Of a stretch of DNA of 64,000 nucleotides, positions 37,451 to 51,544 are shown one piece after another. The DNA is from Hypanus sabinus. Lineage: Eukaryota. The position numbers and the translations under genes were made by a program. Where the stretch lies: the NCBI RefSeq assembly GCF_030144855.1, contig NC_082718.1, forward strand, positions 92,566,001-92,630,000, in the 5' to 3' direction. Below the pieces are notes generated by a model. That model saw only the letters and a program-made list of their open reading frames with translations. It was not told the DNA's origin and did not search any database. The stretch's first letter is position 1, and each line of letters starts with the position of its first letter.

Positions 37451-38455
37451 TGGGAAACAGAACTTAACCTTACTATCCCTATTGAGAATTGGGATAAAAT
37501 TCTTCAATTAGTCAATTTATCATCTATATGTGCTAAACATTCATTAATATAGTTTAAAGTTGAGCACAGGGCTCATATGTCCAAGGATAAGTTGGCTCGT
37601 TTTTATTCCTATATAAATCCTATATGTGACAGATGTCATTCTGAGATAGCGTCTTTATCTCAAATGTTTTGGTCAGGTCCGCTTTTGAAAAAATATTGGA
37701 AAGACATTTTCGATATTTTTCCACGGTATTGAACATTGATTTACAACCTCATCCTATTACTGCAATTTTTGGTTTACCAATAATGGACTCAATCCATTTA
37801 TCTTCTTCTGCTTGTCGAATGATTGTATTTCTTACATTAATGGCTAGAAGATCTATTTTGTTGAATTGGAAATAAATTAATCCCCCTACTGTATTTCATT
37901 GGCTTTCTCAAACTATGTTATGTCTAAATTTGGAGAAAATTAGAAGTGTTGTATTTCACCCTTCTATTAAATTTGAAAAGACATGGAGACCATTTATTCA
38001 ATATTTTCATATGATGTAATTTGACCCTGCTCCAAACCTATTCGTTTTTCCGCTTTTGATTATACATATGTTGAGACAATCGGATTTGGCAACACTGATG
38101 ATTTTGTATTTTTTTTTATTAAAGATACTATAAACAGCCCCTTATTCATTATATTTTTTCTTCCTTTTTTCTCTTTATTAGTTATTAGGCTTTAGATTAC
38201 TTTTTCTTAGGGTTATTTTTTTTTTTGTTTTTCTCTTTTCTTTTTTTTACATATATATGATATACCAAGTTTTGCTTTGTTTATATGATAATTGTATCAT
38301 TCATGATTTCGGAAGACTTGACTATATTGTAACTATTGATTGTGTATCCTTTCATGTTCAGTTTAAAATTTGAAGTTTGTAATCCCACTATCTATGTATT
38401 AATCTTATCATGTTGATATTAATAATAAGAAGAAGAAGATTAAAAAAGAAGGAAA
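37451..38455 (+). mobile_element. Mirror copy of the second L1 fragment
   Basis: ORF 37669-37875 is identical to 15065-15271. Confidence 0.8.
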
Positions 38456-38932
38456 AGATTACTGCAGATACTGATGGGCAGTCAGTCAACCTGAGATTGG
38501 CCCACTATAACGGGTAGAAGCTAGCGACAATGGAGACACGCAGGTTGAATTCATCTGAGGAAGCAGTTGCTTCTACGGAAAGAGAAATCCTAAATACCCA
38601 TACATAGCATACAACCCTTCCCATTAAACCAGGAAATCCAATCTGTGTTCCACCGACCCTTCAGGTAATTGTAAGACCCCAAGGCATTAAAAAAATTGGG
38701 GAAGCTGCTTTAAAGAAAGGAAGAGTTTCTTAACGAACAAGCTCTGAAATAAACTGAGTTTTGTAGATACGATGCAATCTCTTCTCTACATAAAGGGAAG
38801 TGTATTAGGGAACTTGTTCGTTCAGATCAACTTACCCTTCCGAAAAAATATTACCATTTGATCATTTTCTGCTTTCGAGCGCATTAATCACCTTTGCTTT
38901 GAGGGCATCTAGTACACGCGGACCCTGAGCGA

Positions 38933-39948
38933 TCAGAAAGCTTTTACAGAGCTCGTTTGCTGATCCACAGTCTGCTCCTCCCTGGATGTTCCGGGTTCAG
39001 TGGCTGATCTGGAAGAGCTTAAAATGAGATCAAATAGAGCCTTCTCGAAAGCATGTTGAAACTACGAAGTAGAAAAATCGTAAACAATGGGATCGGCCAC
39101 ACTCAGATACGTTCAGATACGTTATAAACAGCGTATTGTAAAAGATATTCACTGCTGTGTGATACGACTTGCAGTCGAAGGGTCTTCTTAGTTTAGTGAC
39201 CAAAACCGCGACCACAGCAACACTGGTGGGCAAGAAGCAAATGACAAAAACTGCAGCCACGACTGTCACAAGTTTCACAGTTCGCTTATATTTACCCCGC
39301 ATTCCAGTTTCCATCTGCCGTAACCTCCAGATGATGGAGGACGTAGAGAAGAGGATTACTGAAACTGGCAAAAGAAACTGAAAGAATATAAAAATAAAGT
39401 CAGTCCAAACTGCTGTGGGACTCAGAGCCTTGTTAATGCTGAAAGGCTCACAGTTTCTCACGTTGTGCTGTTTGAAATCATGTTTGTCTATCAGCAAGTG
39501 CAAACAAATAGCCGCTGCTACAATCCACAGACCGCCGGCTATCACCACCGCACACCTTGTAGTGATCTTGTTTACTTTGTGGAGTGGATGGACCACCTTA
39601 AAGTAACGATCGATCGCAATAACCATGAGGAAAGAAGACGCTGCCAATCCGGTTCAGGCAAATCATAAAAATGTTCAGTCGACACAGTCCATCACCAAAA
39701 ATCCAGTCCTTCCCTCGGAGAAAATAATCAGCTCGGAAGGGTAGACAGCACAATAACAGAGTGTCCGCAATCATCAGATTCAGTGAATACACAATACTCG
39801 GTTTCTGGGACTTCACATGAACACAAAAGATCCACAAAGCAACCGTATTTCCAACAATCCCGAGGATGAATGTGATGATAATTACGGGCGGGTTGTAGGA
39901 CGAGTTAACATCTTCACCAGGAGCACATTCCGGGGTCGAGTTCGCCAT
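38933..39948 (-). pseudogene. HCAR-like GPCR pseudogene psi5 (mirror of psi2)
   Basis: Same +1 insertion (39634) and +7 insertion (~39103-39122) as psi2. Confidence 0.92.
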
Positions 39949-42900
39949 TGTACTAAAAAGCGGCCGCACAGTCAAGATGTTTCAGAGCGGAGCGAACTCT
40001 TTCGAAGTTGAAGAAGCTGGTCTTCGTCGTATGAGTTTGTTCTCCTGTGGGTGGGGTATATGGGCGGGATGAAATAGTCAAGAGCACCAATAAGTTGTGC
40101 GGTCAAATCATTGACAACGTTCCGGAAAAACTAGAAGCAGAATCATTCAAATGAAGTAACAATAAAATACATTTAGTTTGTATTGCCAGGCTTGAAATTC
40201 TGCAGTACTTCGTTTTCTTGTTGAGTGCTTGAACAAGTTTACATTAACAATTAACTAATCATGGGGCATAATTTTAATCTGATTGGAGGGAGGTATAAGG
40301 GGATATCAGGGGCAGAGTTTTTTAAGCAGCGAGGTTGGGTGCGAGGAACACGCTGCCAGGTTTGGCGGTGGAGGCAGATACATCAGGGGCATTTCAGGCA
40401 CATGGATGACAGAAAAATGGAGGACTATGTAGGACGGAAGGATTAGACTGATCTTAAAGTCGATTAAAATGTCGCCAACATTGTACTGTAATATGATATG
40501 CTCTTTATAAGGGGGGGGGGGGGGTGCTGTTCTGTAATAGAAATCAACCCCAAAAATTATATCACTCTGTAATTGAAGTTATTTTTACAAAATCTCCTCA
40601 CGACAATTCATATCAAAATGCATTTGAATAGGAATTAAAACCAGAAAACGAATGAAACTCCCAGCATGTCAACTAATGACAGAAGAGCTTATGCTTCAGC
40701 ATGTAGGTCTCTTTTTATTTTCAATTTCAGCAGTTTTTGATTGTCTTTGGACGTAGAGATGCCTCTCTGAACATCACCTGATATCAGTGAAGGTGCTCTG
40801 TTTAACAAACACTTTTTATATTTTCAGGAAATGTGATAGAGACGTCCTCTTGTTTGGGGAAGTGATCACCCCGAATGGGATCTGACAGCGCATTAACCAG
40901 ATACTAGATTCGGCGAGAACACAGCATTGTATTCGAATTCCATTATTTCTGAACACCAGGGATATAGATAGAGTAAATGCAAGAACGGTTTTCACTGAAA
41001 TTGGGTGGGACGGCAACTAGATGTCCTGGGTTAAGGTGGGGGAGTGAAAAGATTAAGGGGAACGGGGGCTGGGGATTTCTTCACTCGGAGGGTTGCGAGA
41101 GGGTGGAACCAGCTGCCAGCACAAGTGGGGCATGAAAGTTCAATTTAAACGTATAATAGAAGTTACCATAGGTACATGGATGGTAGAGCTGTGGAAAGCT
41201 TTGGTACCGGTGCAGATCAATGCTAACTGGCAGATTAAATGGTTTAGTACGCAATACATAGGCCAAAGGGCATGTTTCTGTGCTGTACGTTTCTATGTTT
41301 CTGATTTTACATGACAATAAAATATCGACAAAGCAGTTGTATTTCTGACTAGTCCTAGGACGATTGTTATAATAATTACTGGTGGGCTGTGAGTAGAATC
41401 GACTACCTCGATGGAGACACGTTGCTGGGCTGAATTGTCCATTGTTCAAAACGCCACAGTAAACACAGTCACCGTCTCCGAGATAAGAAAACTTAATCAA
41501 AGATGAAAATATCTTCATACAGCAAAACTCAGAACATCAGTAAGTTGTGTCCAAATTATTAGCAGTGCTGTAAAGATTTAACTCAAAGAAATATATCCAG
41601 CGTGATTAACAGAATGTAATAGCTACTCGATATTAGGTACATAAACCATTTTATAGCCCTATCAAAGCTCTGAAACTTTCTTTATTATTCAGAGTGCAGT
41701 GCCAATTCAGTTGAAATGCACCTTCTCTACCTAAACTAAAGTTGCCCCTTTGGAAGCCCACCCTACTCCAGTTCCTCTCATAAACTGATAATTTGGTCCA
41801 ACAGGTGCCCCCAGTGAGCTGAGCAGAATATTATTCAAATCCATCTCATTGATTATACAGAATTGCTTTTCCGTACACTTTATTCACACAGTACAGAGAG
41901 AGACAACCGTATTCCCAGAGTAGATTTTCTGTTTCCACAAGGATCTACTGAATGAAGGTTAGAAGTGATTTCTGCTCTCTTTCATGCAGCCTGCGCATGG
42001 TTTATCATGGTTGTAGGAGGGGAGGCAGCAATAGTTCCTCGGGCCACTCTCCATTCATGGTGTTTGGGATGTGCTGAGGCAATTCAGTCTGTATTCAAGT
42101 CATTCACTGCTGCCCTACTCATAGTGATAAATACCAGGCATACGTATGCATGCACGCACTTAAGGCACAAATATATATGTGAGCACGCACATGCGCGCAT
42201 GCACACGCACAACCAACCTTGCATCACAACGTTCTTCCGCAGTCACCTCACCCCAATGCAACTATCTGCATGCGTAAGTGGAAAATAATGGTACTAAGGT
42301 CAACAGAAGTATTTTGATTGGATTCTGGGGGTGGGGGGTGGGGCTGTAATAAAAGAACCTGCAGTCCCAGAACCGCACACGTTCCTGTTTGCAAAGGCAT
42401 TCTTCACAAGGACTGTTGAGTTCAACACTGCCATCTCGGGTTTGAGTTCTATGCTGCAAACAAATGATGCACGAATTTCATTTCAAAAGAATTCATGATC
42501 AAAAAAACTCAGTGGAGAGTAAATTTCTCAAGAACAGCCACTCTGCCCTTATCGGCAGGTTTCTGGTGTTCCCACAACCACTGATTTCACGTTAAGGACG
42601 CTTTATCTTGTTACTGCATGTTCTCGTTAGACATTGCTGTTTACTGTACTTATATCTCAGTTTGCACAGTCTGGTGTTCATCGGTCCCGTTAACAGTTAC
42701 GTGATCTATAGATTTGTTCAGTATGTCCGCAGGAAAAAGAATCTCAGGGTTGTGTGTGTGTGGTGACACGTATGAGCTCTGATATTAGATTTTACTTTGA
42801 AATGTCAACATGATTGTCTGATTAGATATCTGCATTAATGAGCGGGGGATAGGTGTATCTAATAAAGTGGCCACTGAGTGTGTACTGGGATTTAGGCAAA

Positions 42901-45900
42901 AGTCCATAATGGCCACTGGCCACTGTGAGCGCAGGGATACTGCAGGTACGGTACCTGCTGACCAGAATTCCGGGCAGTCCTGCTGATCTCAATCTGGGAA
43001 ATACTTCAGATTCTACAGGATCTCCCAGAGTATCAGAGCAGCCCTGCAGGCAGATTATTTAAGCAATGGAAGCACGAGCCTGTTGAAGACCAGCGGCACC
43101 ACTTGCACCTCTGTCGTTCCCTCACATCGCCTGTGATTTATCCCGAAGAGGAGACAATGGCGCTTTTGCTGGCATCTTCGGAACAGCTCTATTTCCATCT
43201 TTAATATCTCCATTTTCCCCTTTCGGGGTCCTTTTCACGATCCTGACCTGGAGTTACACGGTGACCTCGGGAACCGCTCCCGGGGTGTCACGACTGCCCG
43301 CTATTCGATATGTCAGGGATGCAGCCTGAGAGAGTTAGCTCGCCTCCGGAGTTCCGGGATCTCGTGGCCCTGGAGTCGGGCGGACCGAAGGTCGGTGCCT
43401 CTGCAGGAATCCGGTGTCGCGGGAGACGGAAGATCGAAAGCAGCGAGCTGGCTGCCGGCTGTGTGCCCGGAGACCCCAGTTCTCGGGGCGCAGAGCTCGG
43501 AAAAAGCGACGCAACGGACTTCTAACATCACAGAGCAGAGAGTCGTTTGTTATGTCTCCCCTCTCGCTACGAAACGGAGATATCGCTTTCTCCCTTATTA
43601 GGGGGAGAGGGAGAGGGAGAGGGAGAGGCAGGGGGCGGAGAGAGGGAGAGAGAGAAGGAGAGAGAGAGAGGCGGAGAGTGAGGGAGAAACAGAGAGTGGG
43701 GGAGAGAGAGAGAGGGAGAGAGAGAGAGAGAGAGAGGGAGATAGAGAGAGGGAGAGAGAGAGTGAGATGGGGGGGGGGGGAGAGACTGAGAGCCTGTGGT
43801 ATGTCGAATACCGGACGAACGAGTAGTCTTTGGGGTGCCTTCGCCCACCGTTGTGCGGTAACTGCGCACATGACTGCCTCATTCAACAAATACAAGGTGC
43901 CATCTGACTTTGGGAACCCCTGGCCTACAGCTGCTCAGAGTACAGAAAGAGCTTTCGGGATGGAACTGAGAAGCTCATGCCCATACTTCAGAAACTCAAT
44001 GGGCAGCACACACCTCACCTACACCCACCCGACACTCCATCAGGAGGCATCTGCCTTTCCGTGGAGGACCAGAAAAACATCAAGTATTCGACTGGAATTA
44101 GGCTACTCAGACCAGTGAGTCTGCTCCACTCCCTAAGCATGTCTGAATTTCTCTTTTCAACTCCATTCTCCCAACTTCATTCTATAACCCTTAACCCCAA
44201 ACAAACACCTACAAATCGTTATCTGAAATACACTCAATGATTTGACCTTCACCGCCCTGGATGACAATGAATTCCACAGATTCCCCACACTCTGCCTGAG
44301 CAAATTCCTCATCCCAGTTCTAGTGAGATGCCCACTTATTCTGAAACTGTGCCCTTGGATACAAGATCATTTGATTCTCTCCTACTGATGGAAACATCCT
44401 CTCCACTTGCACATTGTCCAGGTTTGTGGTTCTGTATATTCAGCTGTCTAATTATCTCAGAATGTAAAAAAAAATATCTGTAGGGGTGGACAGGGGTTGA
44501 GAATGCTCCTGATCTCAAGTGGTGGACATATTGCAGACCTCATGTGTATTTAATACTCTGTAATAGTTGAGAACTCTTGTATATATATATATTGATTGAT
44601 TGATTGATTAAGGATTCTTGTTATAATTAATTTTAATTTCTGTGTAAATTACATACATTGCATACGTCATCACATGGTATGTGTGCGACTCCTTTGAAGT
44701 AAAAGAACTAACTTAAGACATATCTCTCAGCTCTTGTTCGCTTTTGAATTAGTTTAATATTTTGAAGTTTCAAAACATAACACAGAGTCATCAAACAATT
44801 TTGCTTCCTCGTAATCATGCAAGCAATGGAGCACAAAATGATATAATTGAAGCTGCTGTATTTAAGCAACTGTTCTTTTTGTATTTAAGGAATTGTAATA
44901 AAAGAAGTTCATCTACTTCCTCTGGTTCGGGGAAATGATTCAGCTTGAGTGGCAAGGTTCCTGAACAGAATGGTTTAAAAATATCTGAGTGGATGAAAAT
45001 CTAACCTGGTGTGCAATGGAGATGCAGAGAGACATGATGGGACCAGGAAAGAGGAAACTGTCAAAACAGCAGAGGGCTTCAGAGGTATCACAACCATCTG
45101 TGATCCTTTGGCTTGTAGGGAAATATTAGAATCAAACTGTGAGTTATAAAACTAATGCTGGAGGGTAAATAGAGTCTTCGAGGGAAATATATCAGGGATT
45201 CCTATGAGGGATGAAAACCTGATGCTCAGTGGTGGGTCGTGATCCTGTTGGAAATATCAGCAAGTGTCCAGGAGAGAGTAATTTGCATGAGCACTGACAC
45301 ACTATCATTGTCAGCAGGTCTGATGACATTGCAGGAGTCATTCTTATTGAAGGGAGAGTTGCAAATTCAGGTTCACTCGGTCAGAGTGAGCAAATTGAAA
45401 CAATTAGTGCTGAGTTGGCAGAGAGTGATGAATGGATCTGGAGAAGGAAAGGTCTTTGAAAAGGGACCCAGTCTTGTGGAGGATTCTAGAAATGGGGAAC
45501 CTCAGTGTTGAGGGCACCTGACCATGGGAACTCAGATTTTTAAGCACTTCTCAAGAGAGTCTAGAACCAGCATCACTCAAAATTCTCATGGGAATAGCAG
45601 TAGATGAATAGCCTGCAGTAAACTGCTCCTAGTGTTACACCATAAGGCCATAAGATATAGGTGCAGAGTTAGTCCATTTGGCCCATTGACTCTGATCTGC
45701 CATTTCATCATGGCTGACCTACTTTCCCTCTCAGCCCCAATCACCTGCCTTGTTTCCATATCTCTGCATGCCCTGACTAATTGAGAACCTATCAACCTCT
45801 GACTTTAATACTCCCAATGGCCTGGCATCCACAGCCACCTGTGGGAACGGATTGGACAGAGTGACCTTTCGCTGGATAAAGAAATTGTTCCTCATCTCCA

Positions 45901-46904
45901 TTTAAAAGGCGTCCTTCTATTCTGAAACTGTGCCTTCTGGCCTTACATGACCCCACCAGAGGAAACATCCTCTCCACATACAAATCTGGTAGGTGGTAGA
46001 ATGCGGCAGGAAGAAAAGAGGATGTGGAGAGAATTTTTAAAATGTTATATTAACTTAGTATTTGGGTAAAAGGAGGTTTGACAGTCACCAGAAACATAAT
46101 GGGGTAAATCATTCATTTCTCACTGTGACGTTGTGCTTTGCAAAGAGAATGAACAATATGTGCACCCAAAAACCAACAATTTTAAGATTTTTAGTTGCCA
46201 TGAACCACACTGAACATGCACTTTGAAACACAAATTGAACATGAACTTTGTCACACAAATGGATCTGTGACAAGCCTCACTCTATAGTAAACAGCTTCTT
46301 TCACCATCAGCTCTTTAACCATATTATGAGCAATTTCTCATTCTATTTCTTCACTCAGATTGACTCCCTCCCTTCCCATCCAGGGTATGTGGTGTTAAAC
46401 TAAAAGCAATCCCAAATGGTCAGAGTGGAAGTGTGCGCTTACGTTCTCAATAAGGCCCCCGATTTCAGGTGCACTGTTAGCTGCCAGATCCAGGAGGAAC
46501 GTTGGCATCATTCACGTTCCTACTCACGAATAATAGTCTAGAAACAGCTACTGCACATACGTTAAGGATTTGACCACACGTTACAATACACTCAGTGGCT
46601 ACTTTATTAGGTAAATCGTCAACCAAATAAAGAGGTGACTGAGTGTATGTTCATATTCCTCTGCTGCTGTAGCCAATCTATTTCAAGGCTCAGCATTCTG
46701 AGATGCTCATTTGCATCATGCTGTTGTAACAAATGGTTATCGGAGTTCCTGTCAGCAAGAACCCACCTGGCCATTCTCCTCTGGCCTCTCTCATTAACAA
46801 AACGTTTTCACCAACAGAATTGCTTCTCACTGGATGTTTTTTTGGCTTCTTAGTCCATTCTCCAATTAAGAGCAATAATTAATTAATTTATAATATTAAT
46901 TGTT

Positions 46905-48078
46905 ATTTTTTTTACCAAATTACCCCTTGATCTGCTCTTCAAATTTGGCTCATGTTATTTTTCAGTTTAAACCTTTTCAAAAATGATTAATAGTTATCAT
47001 TTATAAACAGTTAATGAATGCTCGCACATCACCTAATGATAGGGTTCAATGCTCCTGGGAAGTAGAACTTCAAAATGCACCCTCAGATAAGCAATGGAAT
47101 AAAATTTATTATTTAGTTAATAATTCATCTATCTGCGCACGCCATATTTTAATTCAGTTTAAGATAGTACATAGGGCCCATATGTCCAAAGATAAATTGG
47201 TGCATATTTTTCCTAATATATGCCCTATTTGTGATAGATGTAATGCAGAAGTGGCTACTCAAATCCATATGTTTTGGTCATGTGTAAGTTTAAATAATTT
47301 TTGTAGGGATGTGTTTGGAATATTATCTAAAGTTATAGATATGGATGTTCAACCTTATCCACTTACAGCAATTTTTGGGATTTTCCCAGAGGAAGCAAGC
47401 AAAGTGTCTGCCTCCGCCCAACATGTGATAGCTTTTTCAACTTTACTGGCTAGGAGAGCTATTTTGCTATACTGGAAAGAATCTAACTCACCCACTGCTT
47501 GCTATTGGCTGTCCTCCATCATGTCATGTTTAAGCTTGGAGAAAATTAGAAGCCGGACATTTGAGACATCTTTTGATTTTGATCAAGTCTGGCGACGCTT
47601 TATTCAATATTTTCACATGATTTAATTTATCTTTATTTATTTATTTTTCTTTATTCTCTTTGGAGAATATCCTTGTCCATGAAGGGTTGGAGATGACTGG
47701 AAGGATGTGCTTTTTTTTTCTCTCTCTTTCTTTTTTAATTTTATCCTCATTTGGACTGCCCGATCTTTCCTTTTCTATCTTTATTTTCTTTCTCACTTTT
47801 TTGATTTAGTTTAGTTAGTGGGGGTTTTCTTTCCCTATCAATAAAATTTCCAATCTTTTGTTTACGATTGCTATGAGGAGTTGTAATTTCTCTCTGCCCA
47901 TTGTATATATAGCAGCATAATATATTACCTGTTTGAGTTTGATATTATATGCTTTTTGTCTTTCAAATTGCTGTTTTTATGTCTTTTATATTATCTACTT
48001 GTTAAACTCCTCTTTCAAATTGTATTTGTATATTCTTTTATTTGAAAATCAATAAAAAAGATTGAAAAATGAAATTAA
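46905..48078 (+). mobile_element. 3' part of the broken L1 (ORF2 C-terminus and 3'UTR)
   Basis: Resumes at the position equivalent to ~24957. ORF 47014-47625 contains CPICDRC..HMFWSC. Ends at TSD ATGACTGT 48079-48086. Confidence 0.88.
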
Positions 48079-48997
48079 ATGACTGTGGTGGTGAAATCAT
48101 TGGGTATAGTTAAAGTGGAGGTTGATGGGTTCTTGATTAATCAGGGTATGAAAGGTATGGGGATGAGGCAAGAGAACGGGTTTGAGAAGAATAATAGATC
48201 AATCATGATGGAATAATGGAGCAGAATCGATGGGCTGAATGGCTCTTGAATTCATTTAAAATGTTTTTCGTGCATCGTTGTTGCAGCATAGAACTCCAAC
48301 ACAAGATGGCAGTGTTGAACACCGAACATCCCTAGTGAAGAATGTCTTTCCAAACAAGGGCGTGTGGGATACTGGGATAACAGGTGCTTTCCACATCCTG
48401 CCCCCAAACCTTCCCCACGCACCCACTGAACCCAATTAAATTATTTCCAGCGTTCTTTTTTCACCTTATTTCACACAGGCCTGCCTGAGCTTCAGTATGT
48501 ATATGCATACGTGCACGATTGCACACATGCAGATTGTTGAATTGGGGAGGCTAGAATGTGGAAGAACGTTGTGATGCACGGTCGTGTGTGCTCAGATATA
48601 TGCTTGTGATTTAACTGCATGCATGCTCGTATGCAGAGGTATGCTAGTTATTGACAACTATGAATAGGGCAGCTGTGCAGCAGTGAATGATTTTAATATG
48701 CACTGAACTGCCTCACCACATTATAAACATCACGATGGAGTGTGGCCTGAGAGACTGTTGCTGCCTCTCCTCCCAGAAGCATGGGGAATCGTGTCCAGGC
48801 TGCATGAAGCAGAGCCGAACTGACTTTTAACTTCCATTCTGCAGATATTTGTGGTAATACGAAATCTACTCTAGGAATGTGCTTATCTCTCTGTACTCTG
48901 TGAGTAATATGCACAGAACTGCAATTAAATATATTTAGATGGATTTGAATAATATTTTGCTCATTTCACTGAAGGCATCTGCAGGACCAATTTACCA

Positions 48998-50125
48998 GTA
49001 CCCTGAGACATCGTCCTTAATAATCAACTCTGACATCTTCCCAACACTGAGGTGAGATGAACTGGCCTACAGTTTCCTTTTCCTTTCTCTCTCCTTTCTT
49101 GAAGAGTGGAGTGACATTGGCAATTTTCCCATCTTCTGGAACCATTCCAGAATCCAGTGATTCTTGAAAGATCATGCCTAATATCTCCACAATCTCTTCA
49201 GAAATCTGGACCGTACACTATCTGGTAACTTATCTACCTTCAGACCTTCCAGCTTCCCAAGACTCTTCTCTCTAGTCATGGCAGCTTCTCACACTTCACG
49301 TCCCCTGTCACTGGAGCCTCCACCTTCCTGCTAGAGTCTTCCACAGTGAAAATGGATGCTAAATGATTGCTCTGTTTCTTTGCTATTTCATAGCCTCCCA
49401 TCACTACCAGTCCAGCGTGATTTTGCAATGATCCAATATCCACTCTCACCTCTCATTTACACTTCATGTATCAGAGGAAACTGTTGGTATTAAACTCTTT
49501 AATGTTATTGCTTAGCGTACTTCTGTATTGCATCCTGACATTCCTAGTGACATTCTTATTGCCTTCTGTTGTTTTTAAAAGCTCCCAAATCCTCTAACTT
49601 GCCACTAATTTTCACTCTATTATATGCCATCTCTTTGGCTTTTATGTTGGCCATGTGTTAGCCATGGTTTGTCATCTTTCCTTTAATGTGCTTCATCCTC
49701 TCTGGGATGGATGTATACTGAGTTTTCTGAATATCTTCCAGAAATTCTAGCTATTGCTGCACTACTGTCAGCCCTGTCAGTGTTCTTTTCCAATAATTCT
49801 GGTCAAATCCTCTCTCATGCTTCTGTAATTCCCTTTACTCCACTGTGATACTGATACATCTGACTTTAGCTTCTCCTTCTCAGATTTCAGGGTGAATTCA
49901 ATCAAGTTATGATCACTTGCCCCTGAGGTTTCTTTTACCTTAAGGTCTCTAATCAATTCTGGTTTATCGCACAACACCCAATCCAGAATAGCTGGCCTTC
50001 TAGTGGGCTCAACCAGCTGCTGCTCTAGAAAGCCCTCTCATAGGCACTCTGGAAATCCCCCTCTCCAGTAATCCAGCACCAACTTGATTTTCCCAATCTA
50101 CCTGCTTATTGAATTCCCCCAAGAC
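48998..50125 (-). mobile_element. CR1 ORF2 fragment (paralog)
   Basis: ORF 49777-49977(-) contains SGASDHNLIEF. Confidence 0.8.
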
Positions 50126-51544
50126 TGTTGCAATATTGCCTTTCTGCATGTATTGCATTGAATCTTATTCTTTCTGTGAGCAAAGTTAACAAACTTTGAA
50201 TACAATTGATCAATGCTTTGAATTTTGCTGTATGCAGAACGTCAGATATGAATATTCTAAACAAGTTTATTTGTCTGTGAAATGTTGTGTCTGTGTTACT
50301 GTTGTGCTTTGGACAATGTAGAAATCAGCCCAGGAATGGGTCTCCAGTGAGGCTGGCAATTCTGCTCATAGCCCACCAGTAATTGTACCTCAATCATCCT
50401 CAGTCTAATCAGAAAAACAACTCTTTGTAGGTATTATAATATTATCTAAAATCATGGGAACTATTGTGCAAATGCAAATATAAATGAAGAGCAATAAATG
50501 AGGAGAACATGAAGTAACAATAAACAAGTAAGTTTATGTGTTCATAACGTGAGATCATTGGTTGTGGGAACAGCTGAAACAGAATGAGTGTTGTTTTTGT
50601 TCCAGAGCTTGATACCAGAACTGTTGTTGAACTTGAAGAAACTCAGTGCAATTGTTGTTTGAACCAAACATTAGAGATGGGAGGAAATGTGATCTAAATG
50701 ACATTGGCCATAGAATGATTGTTGGTTCCAGATGGGGTGGACTGAATATATCAGGAAGTGCTGATCTTTGGGACTTTCACTCACAACAGTATAGAGAATG
50801 GACCAAAAAACAAACAAAATAAAAACATCCAGTGAGAAGCAGTTCTGTTGGTGAAAACGTTTTGTTAATGAGAGGTCAGAGGCGAATGGCCAGATGGGTT
50901 CTTGCTGACAGGAACTCCAATAACCATGTGTTACAACAGCGTGGTGCAAATGAGCATCTCTGAAGGCTGAGCCTTGAAATAGATTGGCGACAGCTGCAGA
51001 GGACTACGAACATACAGTCGGTCGCCTCTTTATTAGGTCGAGGGTTTACCTAATTAATGTGCCACTGAGTGTACTGTAACCTGTGATCAAATCCTTAACG
51101 TGTGTGCAGCAGCTGTTTCTAGGCTATTATTCGTGAGTGGGATCGTGAATGATGCCAAAGCGCATTCTGGATCTGGCAGCTAACAGGGCAGCTGAAATCG
51201 GGGCCTTACTGAGAACGTAAGGGCACACTTCCACTCGGACCATTTGGGATTGCTTTTAGTTTAACACCACATACTCTGGATGGGAAGGGAGGGAGTCAGT
51301 CTGAGTGAAGAAATGGAATGAGGAATTGCTCCTAATAAGGGTAAAGAGCTGATGATGAAAGAAGGTGAGTACTTTATAGTGAGGCTTGCCACAGTTCCAC
51401 TTATGTGACAAAGTGCAAGTTCAGTGTGGTTTATGGCAACTAACAACTTCAAACAAACTCATTCGACGAAGACCAGCTTGTTCAACTTCGAATGAGTTCG
51501 CTCCGCTCTGAAACATCTTGACTGCGCGGCCGCTTTTTTGTACA

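Noticed and set aside
43335-44118. 234-aa RG/RE-rich and 186-aa LS-rich ORFs (and mirrors at 8842-9628)
   Set aside because: They are translations of the GA/CT microsatellite, and the frame is not preserved between the two arms.
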